The notes beneath the pieces were generated by a model that was not told the DNA's origin, made no database searches, and saw only the letters and a list, made by a program, of their open reading frames with translations. Source: a virus (taxonomy: Duplodnaviria > Caudoviricetes). Taken from it: a stretch of DNA of 41,324 nt. This document shows positions 17,887-27,339 of this stretch, in pieces. The translations under genes were made by a program, and so were the position numbers. Every line of letters begins with the position of its first letter. Position 1 is the first letter of the stretch. The stretch lies in IMG/VR virus record IMGVR_UViG_3300035135_002740, positions 1-41,324 of that record. The stretch is one strand, 5' to 3'.

Positions 17887-17972
17887 TGACTGAAGTAATT
17901 TTCACTCTAACGACAGTATCTTTTTTCTGTCTACTTGCATATTCTGTTGAACAACTTTCTGAGACTTATTGA
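17886..17972 (+). CDS. Small hydrophobic protein (28 aa)
   Basis: MTEVIFTLTTVSFFCLLAYSVEQLSETY; TGATG coupling on both sides. Confidence 0.55.
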   Translation: MTEVIFTLTTVSFFCLLAYSVEQLSETY

Positions 17973-18163
17973 TGGAAACTTCTTTGATTGAACTCCTTAC
18001 TTATTATGTGATCACTGCGCTTCTTATTATTGGAGCACCTGGAGTTTTCTTTTTTATCGTATTCATGCCTGCCCTTCAAAATACTAAGGGGCGTATGGTA
18101 GGATACAAAGACCATAAAACTTATGGTAATTCTTCAATCTATGAAGTCAATCGAAACACTTGA
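17972..18163 (+). CDS. Small membrane protein, picocyanobacterial-type hypothetical
   Basis: TM helix followed by PALQNTKGRMVGYKDHK. Confidence 0.65.
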   Translation: METSLIELLTYYVITALLIIGAPGVFFFIVFMPALQNTKGRMVGYKDHKTYGNSSIYEVNRNT

Positions 18164-18188
18164 CAACATAAAGAAACTTTTATATACT
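18160..18188 (+). promoter_or_regulatory. Sigma70-type promoter for petF
   Basis: TTGACA-N17-TATACT. Confidence 0.8.
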
Positions 18189-18208
18189 TGACCTTTACAC
18201 AAAATCAA

Positions 18209-18499
18209 ATGTCTTATAACATCACTCTCCGTACTTCTGAAGGTGAGCAACAAATTACATGTGAAGATGATCAGTACATCCTTGATGCTGCTGAAGAACA
18301 AGGAGTTGATATGAATTATTCCTGTCGGGCGGGTGCCTGCTCTTCCTGTGCAGGTAAGATTGTATCTGGTACTGTCGATCAGTCTGATCAATCTTTTCTT
18401 GATGATGACCAGATCGACGCTGGTTTTGTTTTGACTTGTGTTGCATATCCCACTAGTGATTGCGTAATCGAAACCGATCAAGAGGAGTCTCTGTACTGA
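18209..18499 (+). CDS. petF: Plant-type [2Fe-2S] ferredoxin
   Basis: [32 protein letters not shown]. Confidence 0.96.
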   Translation: MSYNITLRTSEGEQQITCEDDQYILDAAEEQGVDMNYSCRAGACSSCAGKIVSGTVDQSDQSFLDDDQIDAGFVLTCVAYPTSDCVIETDQEESLY

Positions 18500-18786
18500 T
18501 GAGTAAGTTTCTTCTTTTTTCTAAAGAGTCCTGTGGACCTTGTATGCTTGTTGATAAGTATATGAAATCTATTAAAGATGAAAGGACATCTCTACTTGAA
18601 AAGGTAGATCTTGAAGATGTTGGAACTACACCCTCAGAAGAAGCCTCAGCAATTGCTAAAAAGTATGGGGTAACCGCAACACCAGTTCTTGTAGTTACTG
18701 ATGATGAAGGTAATAAACTAGAAGAATATATAGGTGGTATGGGAATTACCCAAAATATCCGTAAAGTATTTGATAAGTATGCCTGA
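18499..18786 (+). CDS. Thioredoxin/glutaredoxin-like protein
   Basis: SCGPC active site and YGVTATP cis-Pro loop; TGATG-coupled to petF. Confidence 0.8.
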   Translation: MSKFLLFSKESCGPCMLVDKYMKSIKDERTSLLEKVDLEDVGTTPSEEASAIAKKYGVTATPVLVVTDDEGNKLEEYIGGMGITQNIRKVFDKYA

Positions 18787-18931
18787 TCCAGACGCACTAT
18801 GGAAGGATATCCAAAAACTCGACGATTTGTACGAAGAGTTATTGTGGCATCCTGACGACGAATTACAATTCACCCACGATGGTGAAAAAATAATTATCAC
18901 AAACAAAACACAAGAGGAGAACAAACAATGA
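18779..18931 (+). CDS. Hypothetical protein (50 aa)
   Basis: MPDPDALWKDIQKLDDLYEELLWHPDDEL...; overlaps both neighbours. Confidence 0.6.
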   Translation: MPDPDALWKDIQKLDDLYEELLWHPDDELQFTHDGEKIIITNKTQEENKQ

Positions 18932-19035
18932 ATGAAAGAGCAGAACGTATTAACGGTTGGGCAGCGATGATTGGAGTCGTCGCAGCTATGGGTAGTTACG
19001 CCGCTACCGGACAAATCATTCCAGGTGTATGGTGA
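18928..19035 (+). CDS. hli: High-light-inducible protein (35 aa, missing from the ORF track)
   Basis: MNERAERINGWAAMIGVVAAMGSYAATGQIIPGVW, with AExxNG.xAM and TGQIIPG motifs; GAGGAG RBS. Confidence 0.93.
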   Translation: MNERAERINGWAAMIGVVAAMGSYAATGQIIPGVW

Positions 19036-19040
19036 ATGAT

Positions 19041-19166
19041 ATGTTACTTCTAGGTTCCATAATTCTGGGCACATTTATTTTTTACTCTGCCCTGTTTAGT
19101 GAGGACATAGATGATGACGATGATATGGACGGTGGTATGATGATTCCCGCACAAACACCTGTATAA
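19041..19166 (+). CDS. Small membrane protein with acidic tail
   Basis: MLLLGSIILGTFIFYSALFSEDIDDDDDMDGGMMIPAQTPV. Confidence 0.6.
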   Translation: MLLLGSIILGTFIFYSALFSEDIDDDDDMDGGMMIPAQTPV

Positions 19167-19175
19167 TCCTTCAAG

Positions 19176-19203
19176 ACCCTCTACATAGTGTAGAGGGTTT
19201 TTT
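19176..19203 (+). terminator. Rho-independent terminator
   Basis: ACCCTCTACA-tag-TGTAGAGGGT plus T-run. Confidence 0.85.
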
Positions 19204-19209
19204 AGTATT

Positions 19210-19365
19210 ATGCCACGTGGTCAATTAAACAAGGATGAGATGATTTGCTACATCCTTAAGTTAAAGCATCAAGTCGATTCTGATCAAGGATTTCCTGGAG
19301 AAAAAGAAATTGCTCAAAAATACTTGAACAAAGTACTGGACAAGATTGAAGAATATCGGATGTAA
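19210..19365 (+). CDS. Hypothetical protein (51 aa)
   Basis: MPRGQLNKDEMICYILKLKH...AQKYLNKVLDKIEEYRM. Confidence 0.6.
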   Translation: MPRGQLNKDEMICYILKLKHQVDSDQGFPGEKEIAQKYLNKVLDKIEEYRM

Positions 19366-19366
19366 A

Positions 19367-19374
19367 TATAAATA
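19367..19374 (+). promoter_or_regulatory. T4-like late promoter
   Basis: TATAAATA upstream of ATG 19401. Confidence 0.75.
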
Positions 19375-19400
19375 AATCAAAAGTGGTACAGTAATAAAAA

Positions 19401-20036
19401 ATGGGAAAGGCACTTGAAGCTGGACAATTAGCTGGATTCTTAGTTGTTGACTTAGATACTGATGATATTAAGATTGGTACTGCAACAACAATTAATGCTA
19501 GTAGTGGTGATATAACTTCTAATGGTGATATAACTTCTAGTGGTATTATTTCTGCAACAAATTACTACGGTAGTGCAGATAATTTAAGCTTTAATATATT
19601 GAATGCAAATGAGATCAGAAGTGTTGCTAACACCGAATCAGTAACCTCAGACAAATTTGATTCTTCTGCTGGAACTGTGACCTTAACATATGGTACAGAT
19701 TCTATGGTAGCCATATGTACAAATCCTTCTTCAAATATAATATTAAAAGTTAATAGTATTCCTACAACATCAGATTTTGATAGTCAGTCGCTTTCTTTTT
19801 CTGTTGTAGTAATAAACACTGGAGTTGCTAGAACTTGCACCACAGTGTATTTCAATAATCAAGTTATGCCTGTAAAATGGTTTGGTGGATCTCTTACAAA
19901 TGCTTTGAGTGGTGGAGTAACACGAGGAACAACGGGATATGATATTTTTAACTTTATTGGTATTAATACCATAGGACCAGCATCAAACATTTCTAATTAT
20001 GAAGTTTTGGGTGTAGTTAACGGAAACTTTTTCTAA
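19401..20036 (+). CDS. Putative virion/fibre-associated protein
   Basis: Late promoter; Ser/Thr/Gly-rich; N- and C-terminal motifs shared with ORF 29093. Confidence 0.6.
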   Translation: MGKALEAGQLAGFLVVDLDTDDIKIGTATTINASSGDITSNGDITSSGIISATNYYGSADNLSFNILNANEIRSVANTESVTSDKFDSSAGTVTLTYGTDSMVAICTNPSSNIILKVNSIPTTSDFDSQSLSFSVVVINTGVARTCTTVYFNNQVMPVKWFGGSLTNALSGGVTRGTTGYDIFNFIGINTIGPASNISNYEVLGVVNGNFF

Positions 20037-20038
20037 AC

Positions 20039-23035
20039 ATGTTTCGTCGTTTACAGTCTATTCAATCACCAGTAAATGTTAATCGTCAAGGTCATAGAGA
20101 TCATGTAGGACCGGATATTAATTTATATTATGCAAATGAATATTATAGTCAGAATATTGGTGGAAATATCCCTGGATTTTATCAACTTACTGCTACTCCA
20201 TATGGTACATATTCTCCGAGTGATAGTGAGAACTTACTTAATCCAGATAATATTGCTAATCATACTGGAATTGGAACATTTAGTGAAAATATATATACGC
20301 CACTTCAAGTTGGAATTAATTGGTATCCTGCACAATTACAACCAGATCATCTCTATAGTCATTATGTCTTAACAGTAGAGAGAAAAACTTTTAACCAAGG
20401 TAAAAACGTTGATATTGGTGTAACTCAAAATGTAGTGCAAGGTCCAAGTACTATTAGTAGTAACATACCATCTGGATTTGGTCCTGGTGATGAATGGCAA
20501 CCGTTCGAGATTAGAGATGGTAATGAGCCATTTTGGTCTTATGCAGACAATCAACCTCAGAAATACATACATAATTTTACAAACGTTGATTTAATTGATG
20601 AAGGATTCTTATATTATTCTATACTCTTTTATCCTGATTGGGACGGATCTTACCATGGACCTTATGGATTGAATGGTTTCCAAAAAATATTCAGATCTTT
20701 TATATGGATGATTTACGATGACCTATCTGAGCAAGATGAAGACTTTTATGTTAGATTGAGGGGAATAAAGAAAGATACCAATTTTGCTCCTGAAGGTGGT
20801 CCGGAACAAGTTAATATATTTCCAGGTGAAAGCTTTCCTTATCGAAATAACCTAAATGTTTCGGAATATCCAGATTTTATTACTAATCAAGACCAATCGA
20901 GAATTCCAGAATCTGTAATTCTTTCTGAAACTATTCTGAGAATAGACGGCACAAGCTCAACAGCAAATCCAAATGTAGGAATTAATAGTTTATATCATTC
21001 TGAATATCAGGGTGTTGTTGGACTGTCACCAAATTTGGATGCCGATCATTTTTCGGATCCAAACAACCGCGAACGAGACAGATTTAATACTGTAAACTAT
21101 GATTTTGAAGATTTTTTTGAAGGTAGACCTGGTAACAGTGGTTGGGACTATCCACAGATGATTTGGGCACCGTTGCTTCAACCATATGCTTATGATGACG
21201 ATGAGTTTGCCGATGATCCTACTCCGGACATCAATTACAATAGCGACGTAAATTATTTTGGAATGACTACCGAGACGGCTGGTGTAAATTCTCCTATCGG
21301 ACCTTTTTGTGGTTACTATACTGCATGTACTTTTATTAGTACATATACTGCTAATGAATTAAGAACAGCTGGAATGACGACTGGATCTATACTTCAGGGA
21401 GTGACATATGATGTTGTTCAAGGTATGAATAAATTATTTGATAGTTATAATAATGAAAAACCAATGAATCCTTTTCTTTCTATAGTAAACGTAGAAGAGT
21501 CAACGGGTGGTACTGATATCCTGTCCTCGTCTTTAGAGATTAAAGCACATAATTATTACCATCAAAGAATAAATGGTGACACTTTTCCCTTAGGTATGAA
21601 TATATACGATCCATATGATGTTTCTACTAATCCATATACGCCGAAAAAATTTACTAAGTTTGATTCAATCGGTCAAGAAAGATTCGCTGTTGGTGGAACT
21701 GATCGGACGGATCAAGATAAGTATATTTGGAATGGGAAGGATGCTATAGCAATTATTGCTTCTTATGATTATCAATACGGTTATTCTGGATCATCTAATC
21801 CTTTTGGACCTTCAAATTTTAGAATTGGTGGGGATGATGATGGTGGCGACTTTGAGCCAGCATTAGTTAGAATGGCAAAAACTTATCTCAATGGCCGCTA
21901 CGGCCATGGTAGTATAGCGTATATTTTTCCGGACGATACAACGGGTGAGTCAAATTATTTTACGGCGTCTGCAAAGGATATGTGGTTATATGATAGTGCT
22001 GGTGGATACAATAATGATGCGGGAAGACCAAGTTTTACATCACCAACTACATATACTACCACCAGATCTTTTAGTTTTAGTGGAGCTACGGTAAATCACA
22101 ATACTACAACTAATACATATAATAACAAAAAGTATGCAACTTATAAAATTGCTGCTAGACCGGTTATTAAATTAGATTGGACTAATGTAGCAAATCCAAA
22201 TGCAGTTCTTGATTTTAATATTGGATTTTTTAGTGGTTCAAATATTAGTTGGACTCATAACACAACCTTAACTGTTTATCTTCAACCTACAAACTCAATT
22301 TCAATATCAGACTTGATTGGACCACTTCCGGTTACTTATGTAAATAATGCTGGTATTACTACTACAGACACATTAATTACTGGAGTGGGGGAAACTCTTT
22401 ATACTCAATATGAAGGAACTTATGGTAATAGATTTGATAGGTCTGATGCAACTATTGATCTTTCTGATTATACAGGGATTGGTCCAGTTAGGGTTGTTTT
22501 TCGTGCTGCCTATCAACGTCCATATACAGGCATTCCTGGTAGCGGTACTGTGGTTTCACGTCCTATTCGACTCAAGGACATATATCTTAGAGCACCATTA
22601 GATTTTGTTAATCGATCTTATTATCATCAAGATGCTTATCCTCCTGATAGCAATAGCATATACCGTAGGGGTCTCTATGTTACTGGAGATGATCCATCAG
22701 ACCATGATACTTTCAATAAATTTACTTTGCATAGATATGGAACAGATTATCTGGAGGATTGGCCTGGAGATACATTGCAAGAATGGGAAGTTCGTAGAGG
22801 ATCCTCTACTGGAGCTACTGTAGAGGAAGCTAATCCAGGATGTACATCAGTCGTTTATGATGCTCCTATCGAGTCTGGTCAAGCGGGAAATGTGAATGGT
22901 AATCGGTGGTATCAGCACCACTTTAGCCGTGCTGAAGGATGGCTTGAACATCAAACTGGTACTGAGCAACCGCTGGTCTCGGTCTCAAATTTTTATGGAG
23001 ATTTTCTTTTTCATAAAGAAACGTTCACTATTTAA
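20039..23035 (+). CDS. Large hypothetical protein (998 aa), probably virion-associated
   Basis: Long ORF rich in Tyr/Asn/Asp/Gly/Pro, in the late cassette; weak similarity near the C-terminus to ORF 23455. Confidence 0.7.
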   Translation: MFRRLQSIQSPVNVNRQGHRDHVGPDINLYYANEYYSQNIGGNIPGFYQLTATPYGTYSPSDSENLLNPDNIANHTGIGTFSENIYTPLQVGINWYPAQLQPDHLYSHYVLTVERKTFNQGKNVDIGVTQNVVQGPSTISSNIPSGFGPGDEWQPFEIRDGNEPFWSYADNQPQKYIHNFTNVDLIDEGFLYYSILFYPDWDGSYHGPYGLNGFQKIFRSFIWMIYDDLSEQDEDFYVRLRGIKKDTNFAPEGGPEQVNIFPGESFPYRNNLNVSEYPDFITNQDQSRIPESVILSETILRIDGTSSTANPNVGINSLYHSEYQGVVGLSPNLDADHFSDPNNRERDRFNTVNYDFEDFFEGRPGNSGWDYPQMIWAPLLQPYAYDDDEFADDPTPDINYNSDVNYFGMTTETAGVNSPIGPFCGYYTACTFISTYTANELRTAGMTTGSILQGVTYDVVQGMNKLFDSYNNEKPMNPFLSIVNVEESTGGTDILSSSLEIKAHNYYHQRINGDTFPLGMNIYDPYDVSTNPYTPKKFTKFDSIGQERFAVGGTDRTDQDKYIWNGKDAIAIIASYDYQYGYSGSSNPFGPSNFRIGGDDDGGDFEPALVRMAKTYLNGRYGHGSIAYIFPDDTTGESNYFTASAKDMWLYDSAGGYNNDAGRPSFTSPTTYTTTRSFSFSGATVNHNTTTNTYNNKKYATYKIAARPVIKLDWTNVANPNAVLDFNIGFFSGSNISWTHNTTLTVYLQPTNSISISDLIGPLPVTYVNNAGITTTDTLITGVGETLYTQYEGTYGNRFDRSDATIDLSDYTGIGPVRVVFRAAYQRPYTGIPGSGTVVSRPIRLKDIYLRAPLDFVNRSYYHQDAYPPDSNSIYRRGLYVTGDDPSDHDTFNKFTLHRYGTDYLEDWPGDTLQEWEVRRGSSTGATVEEANPGCTSVVYDAPIESGQAGNVNGNRWYQHHFSRAEGWLEHQTGTEQPLVSVSNFYGDFLFHKETFTI

Positions 23036-23043
23036 TATCTAAA

Positions 23044-23421
23044 ATGACAGAACAAGAACAAGAAAATTTTTCAAGATATTTAAATAATAGGTTTATTGAT
23101 TCTTCAGATAAAAAGTTGTTGTGTTGCATGTCTATGTCTGATAGACAACGTAACGAATATTTAAAAAAAAGATATCCTGATTATGAATTCCTACTTCAAG
23201 TAGATAAGGATGTTGAATCTGGAAAGGTTGTTAGAGAACATGTTATACAACTTTTGAAAAAATTAGATTATATTGATGATATGTATCCATGTTCAATTAA
23301 AGCAGTTCTTCTTTTACAATCAAAATATGGGAATAATTTTAAACTATCATGTCCTTTAATGAAAACTAATGATGGTAAACTTGTTCCTCTTTATCAATTC
23401 GAAAATTTTGATTGGTGTTAA
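23044..23421 (+). CDS. Hypothetical protein
   Basis: 125-aa ORF in operon spacing. Confidence 0.6.
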   Translation: MTEQEQENFSRYLNNRFIDSSDKKLLCCMSMSDRQRNEYLKKRYPDYEFLLQVDKDVESGKVVREHVIQLLKKLDYIDDMYPCSIKAVLLLQSKYGNNFKLSCPLMKTNDGKLVPLYQFENFDWC

Positions 23422-23454
23422 TTATAAATTACTTACAACTAGGATTTAATTAAA

Positions 23455-24165
23455 ATGTCTCCAATTCAAGGACTTTCAGGATTTGGTGGTGGTATTGCAT
23501 CTAAACTATTAGGTGGTGCCGGCGGTGGCAGTAGTAGTTTTACATTTAGATACCATATGTATGGTTCTACAATGGGAGATTTGCAAGTATATGTGTATAA
23601 TACAACTGCAGCATCATTAGTTGGTCCTTTTAGTATAACCTATGATGCTGGTACTGGAACTGTTATTAGTGGTCAACAACATGCTACTTCATCCGCGACT
23701 TGGGGAAGTGCTACGGTTGATTTATCTGATGCTTCTGGAGTAACTGGATACCTTGCTTTTAAGTACAGACCAGGTAGTAATTATTTCGCTGATGCTTCTT
23801 TAGATGATATGTCTCTTACATTACCCGATGAAACAGTAGTTGATTTGGATCCGGATTTATTTCGAAGTGATAGTATTCAAAACTGGCAGAGTGCAAGATT
23901 TCAGGATAAAACTACCGAAACTTTTCCTATAGATGGTGGTAGCGTACTTATTAACGCTAATAGCTATGATTGGAAAGATTGTGCTAAAAATTCTTCAACA
24001 AATTGGATGGGTCAATATGAAGATGGAGGCACTGGTTCTGGTAATACTGGACCAACTACTGATGCTAGTGGAAGTAGCACTGGATATTATATTTATTTTG
24101 AAGCTTCAAGTCCAAATTGGAGCTACACCGCATGGTTAAGAACTAAAAATCAATATACATTTTGA
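23455..24165 (+). CDS. MAM-domain protein (circularly permuted)
   Basis: FRYHMYGSTMGDLQV, ADASLDD and TGSGNTGPTTDASG..GYYIYFEAS motifs. Confidence 0.7.
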   Translation: MSPIQGLSGFGGGIASKLLGGAGGGSSSFTFRYHMYGSTMGDLQVYVYNTTAASLVGPFSITYDAGTGTVISGQQHATSSATWGSATVDLSDASGVTGYLAFKYRPGSNYFADASLDDMSLTLPDETVVDLDPDLFRSDSIQNWQSARFQDKTTETFPIDGGSVLINANSYDWKDCAKNSSTNWMGQYEDGGTGSGNTGPTTDASGSSTGYYIYFEASSPNWSYTAWLRTKNQYTF

Positions 24166-24174
24166 ATTGAGGGG

Positions 24175-24208
24175 TTGACGGGTAGTAGAAACCGTAGTAT
24201 ACTAAATA
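24175..24208 (+). promoter_or_regulatory. Composite psbA promoter: sigma70 plus overlapping T4-late element
   Basis: TTGACG-N17-TATACT overlapping TAAATA (24203-24208). Confidence 0.8.
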
Positions 24209-24263
24209 AGTCAACGGGTTAAGAAATGTAACGTTTTTTAATCGTTTGTAACTCCCCGCAAAC

Positions 24264-24352
24264 CAAGACCTCTAGGGAGTATAAAAACGTCTTTCATATC
24301 CTCTCTAAGGGTGAGAGGAAATAGTAACTCCACCATTTCCCTGATGGTCTTA
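24264..24352 (+). ncRNA. PhotoRC-II-type cis-regulatory RNA in the psbA 5' UTR
   Basis: AAGACC/GGTCTT and TAGGGA/TCCCTG enclosing stems, inner TCCTCTC/GAGAGGA hairpin; directly upstream of psbA. Confidence 0.8.
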
Positions 24353-24369
24353 CTTTTTTGTTTAAAACA

Positions 24370-25452
24370 ATGTCTCAATCTATTCTTTCAAGGCAACAAT
24401 CACAATCCACTTGGGAATCATTCTGCGAGTGGGTAACTTCTACCAATAACCGCCTCTATGTCGGTTGGTTCGGCGTGTTGATGATCCCAACTCTGTTGGC
24501 AGCAACAATCTGTTTCATCACCGCCTTCGTCGCTGCTCCTCCTGTGGACATCGACGGCATCCGTGAACCCGTCGCTGGTTCACTCATGTACGGAAACAAC
24601 ATCATCTCTGGTGCAGTTGTTCCCTCTTCCAACGCAATTGGTCTTCACTTCTATCCCATTTGGGAAGCCGCATCGCTCGACGAGTGGCTTTATAACGGTG
24701 GTCCTTACCAACTCGTAGTCTTCCACTTCCTCCTTGGCGTCTTCTGCTACATGGGTCGTGAGTGGGAACTTTCCTATCGTTTGGGTATGCGTCCTTGGAT
24801 CTGTGTTGCATACTCTGCTCCAGTCGCAGCAGCATCCGCAGTCTTCCTTGTCTATCCTTTCGGTCAAGGTAGTTTCTCCGATGGTATGCCCCTCGGCATC
24901 TCGGGTACGTTCAACTACATGCTTGTTTTCCAAGCAGAGCACAACATCCTGATGCACCCCTTCCACATGCTCGGCGTAGCAGGTGTGTTCGGTGGTTCAC
25001 TGTTCAGTGCAATGCACGGTTCTCTGGTTACCTCTTCGCTGGTTCGTGAAACCACCGAAACTGAGTCTCAGAACTATGGTTACAAGTTCGGTCAAGAAGA
25101 AGAGACTTACAACATCGTTGCTGCTCATGGATACTTTGGTCGTCTGATCTTCCAGTATGCATCGTTCAACAACTCCCGTTCGCTCCACTTCTTCCTCGCA
25201 GCATGGCCTGTTATCGGTATCTGGTTTACCGCACTTGGTGTTTCCACGATGGCGTTCAACCTGAACGGTTTCAACTTCAACCAGTCTATCCAAGATAGTC
25301 AAGGTCGTGTGCTCAACACCTGGGCAGACGTTCTGAACCGCGCAGGTCTTGGAATGGAAGTTATGCATGAGCGTAATGCACACAACTTCCCTCTGGATCT
25401 TGCCGCTGCTGAGTCTACTCCTGTAGCACTCACCGCACCTACCGTTGGTTGA
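24370..25452 (+). CDS. psbA: Photosystem II reaction centre protein D1
   Basis: [29 protein letters not shown], phage-type [18 protein letters not shown] plus C-terminal extension. 360 aa, no intron. Confidence 0.99.
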   Translation: MSQSILSRQQSQSTWESFCEWVTSTNNRLYVGWFGVLMIPTLLAATICFITAFVAAPPVDIDGIREPVAGSLMYGNNIISGAVVPSSNAIGLHFYPIWEAASLDEWLYNGGPYQLVVFHFLLGVFCYMGREWELSYRLGMRPWICVAYSAPVAAASAVFLVYPFGQGSFSDGMPLGISGTFNYMLVFQAEHNILMHPFHMLGVAGVFGGSLFSAMHGSLVTSSLVRETTETESQNYGYKFGQEEETYNIVAAHGYFGRLIFQYASFNNSRSLHFFLAAWPVIGIWFTALGVSTMAFNLNGFNFNQSIQDSQGRVLNTWADVLNRAGLGMEVMHERNAHNFPLDLAAAESTPVALTAPTVG

Positions 25453-25472
25453 TATGACTGATGGTAGTACTC

Positions 25473-25501
25473 ACCCCCTCACCTATGTGGGGGGGTTTTT
25501 T
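25473..25501 (+). terminator. Rho-independent terminator after psbA
   Basis: ACCCCCTCAC-ctat-GTGGGGGGGT plus T-run. Confidence 0.8.
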
Positions 25502-25548
25502 GTAGGCGTTTCGTCTATTGCAATTCCTTTACTTTGTGTGGTACTATT

Positions 25549-25968
25549 ATGATTGGTAAACTTGATCCTGAAGAGCGTGTTATGAGTGATATTCCTAAGC
25601 ATGATTGGACAAAAAATGAAGATGGTTTTTTTGCTTGGAAAGATGATGGAATTATGGATCGAATTCAAGATTATCTTGAAGTTCTTGGATGGGAACCAGG
25701 AGATGAAATTGATGTAGAAATTGGTGGAACTCAAGTTTCTGGTATTGATGTTGGTGAAGAGTACAACAAAAAATGGCAGGCACCTATTGGTACTCGAAAG
25801 TATAATAAAGATGCTTTTATTATCATTAAGAATCAGTCTCGTAGAGATTTGACTAAATCTCAACCAAATCCAGAACTCAAAGGATATCATTTCAAAACTG
25901 AGAAAGAAAAAGCAGCAGAAATTAAAAAGAGAGATGATGAGTTGGGTTATGACACCTACAGTAAATGA
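25549..25968 (+). CDS. Cyanophage hypothetical protein
   Basis: 139-aa ORF from ATG 25549. Confidence 0.7.
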   Translation: MIGKLDPEERVMSDIPKHDWTKNEDGFFAWKDDGIMDRIQDYLEVLGWEPGDEIDVEIGGTQVSGIDVGEEYNKKWQAPIGTRKYNKDAFIIIKNQSRRDLTKSQPNPELKGYHFKTEKEKAAEIKKRDDELGYDTYSK

Positions 25969-26158
25969 TGATAACTGGTTTGAACAAACCTGTAATAAAC
26001 CATATGATCGACATTACTATAAGGTTGTTCTAACTGATGGACAATCAAAAGAATATCATTCTTGGGAACAAGTAAGGTTGATGTGGTTCCAAACACCACA
26101 ACAGTTTAAGTCTCATGTTGATGTTTTAGATTATAAAAAATCAAAGGGATTTAAATGA
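25949..26158 (+). CDS. Hypothetical protein
   Basis: WFEQTCNKPYDRHYYKVV...; overlapping operon spacing. Confidence 0.6.
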   Translation: MTPTVNDDNWFEQTCNKPYDRHYYKVVLTDGQSKEYHSWEQVRLMWFQTPQQFKSHVDVLDYKKSKGFK

Positions 26159-26283
26159 TAACAACAGAAACGCCATATAAATTGGCTGAGATTGTTCGAG
26201 ATACTTGGCCACAACTTTTCTGGTTAAAAGATTCAAAGGTAAATAAAAACAATGACAACAAGTACACTAAACATTCCAAGTAG
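26155..26283 (+). CDS. Small hypothetical protein (42 aa)
   Basis: [25 protein letters not shown]...; ATGA overlap with the previous stop. Confidence 0.5.
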   Translation: MITTETPYKLAEIVRDTWPQLFWLKDSKVNKNNDNKYTKHSK

Positions 26284-27307
26284 GGGGTGGTTCGATGTCC
26301 TGGATGACTGGCTTAAACGAGATCGCTTTGTCTTTGTGGGTTGGTCTGGACTACTTCTTTTTCCCACTGCTTATCTTGCAATTGGTGGCTGGCTTACTGG
26401 TACAACGTTTGTTACCAGCTGGTACACCCACGGTCTCGCGACTTCTTACCTTGAGGGCGCTAATTTTCTTACAGCGGCTGTGTCAACGCCTGCTGATGCT
26501 ATGGGTCATTCTCTTCTTCTACTTTGGGGTCCTGAGTCTCAGGGGAGCCTTGTCAGGTGGTTCCAACTTGGAGGACTCTGGAATTTTGTGGCGCTCCACG
26601 GAGCTTTCGCTCTAATCGGATTCATGTTGCGTCAGTTTGAAATTAGTCGTCTAGTAGGTATCCGTCCGTACAATGCGATTGCTTTTTCAGGTCCTATTGC
26701 CGTATTCACTTCTGTATTTCTCATCTATCCACTTGGACAATCCTCTTGGTTCTTTGCGCCGTCATTTGGTGTTGCAGCGATCTTCCGCTTCCTTTTATTC
26801 CTCCAGGGATTCCACAATTGGACGCTTAATCCATTCCACATGATGGGTGTTGCGGGTATCCTAGGTGGTGCATTGCTTTCTGCAATTCATGGAGTGACTG
26901 TAGAGAATACTCTGTACGAAGATGGTGAGCAAGCAAATACTTTTAAGGCATTCGATAGTACGCAAGAAGAGGAAACTTACTCGATGGTTACTGCTAACCG
27001 TTTTTGGTCTCAGATCTTCGGGATTGCTTTTTCTAATAAGCGTTGGCTTCATTTCTTTATGCTTTTCGTTCCCGTTATGGGTCTCTGGACTAGTAGCATT
27101 GGTATTATTGGTCTGGCGCTTAATCTTAGAGCATACGATTTCGTATCACAGGAGATTCGTGCGGCGGAGGATCCAGAGTTCGAGACGTTCTACACAAAGA
27201 ACATTCTATTGAATGAAGGTCTTCGTGCATGGATGGCACCAGTCGATCAACCTCATGAACAGTTTGTATTTCCAGAAGAAGTCTTGCCAAGAGGCAACGC
27301 ACTCTGA
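26252..27307 (+). CDS. psbD: Photosystem II reaction centre protein D2
   Basis: [38 protein letters not shown]. Confidence 0.99.
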   Translation: MTTSTLNIPSRGWFDVLDDWLKRDRFVFVGWSGLLLFPTAYLAIGGWLTGTTFVTSWYTHGLATSYLEGANFLTAAVSTPADAMGHSLLLLWGPESQGSLVRWFQLGGLWNFVALHGAFALIGFMLRQFEISRLVGIRPYNAIAFSGPIAVFTSVFLIYPLGQSSWFFAPSFGVAAIFRFLLFLQGFHNWTLNPFHMMGVAGILGGALLSAIHGVTVENTLYEDGEQANTFKAFDSTQEEETYSMVTANRFWSQIFGIAFSNKRWLHFFMLFVPVMGLWTSSIGIIGLALNLRAYDFVSQEIRAAEDPEFETFYTKNILLNEGLRAWMAPVDQPHEQFVFPEEVLPRGNAL

Positions 27308-27313
27308 TATAAT

Positions 27314-27339
27314 AAGAGGGTTAACAACCCTCTTTTTTT
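27314..27339 (+). terminator. Rho-independent terminator after psbD
   Basis: AAGAGGGTT-aac-AACCCTCTT plus T-run. Confidence 0.85.

Noticed and set aside
19505-19539. 18-nt-period tandem duplication (TGGTGATATAACTTCTA x2)
   Set aside because: In-frame coding micro-duplication (GDITS x2) with no evidence of regulatory function.
24580-25383. Antisense and alternate-frame ORFs over psbA, and similar shadow ORFs elsewhere in the track
   Set aside because: Explained by codon bias of the real genes; no RBS or recognisable motifs.
24370-27307. Group I intron in psbA or homing endonuclease between psbA and psbD
   Set aside because: Both genes are uninterrupted and the intervening ORFs lack nuclease motifs.
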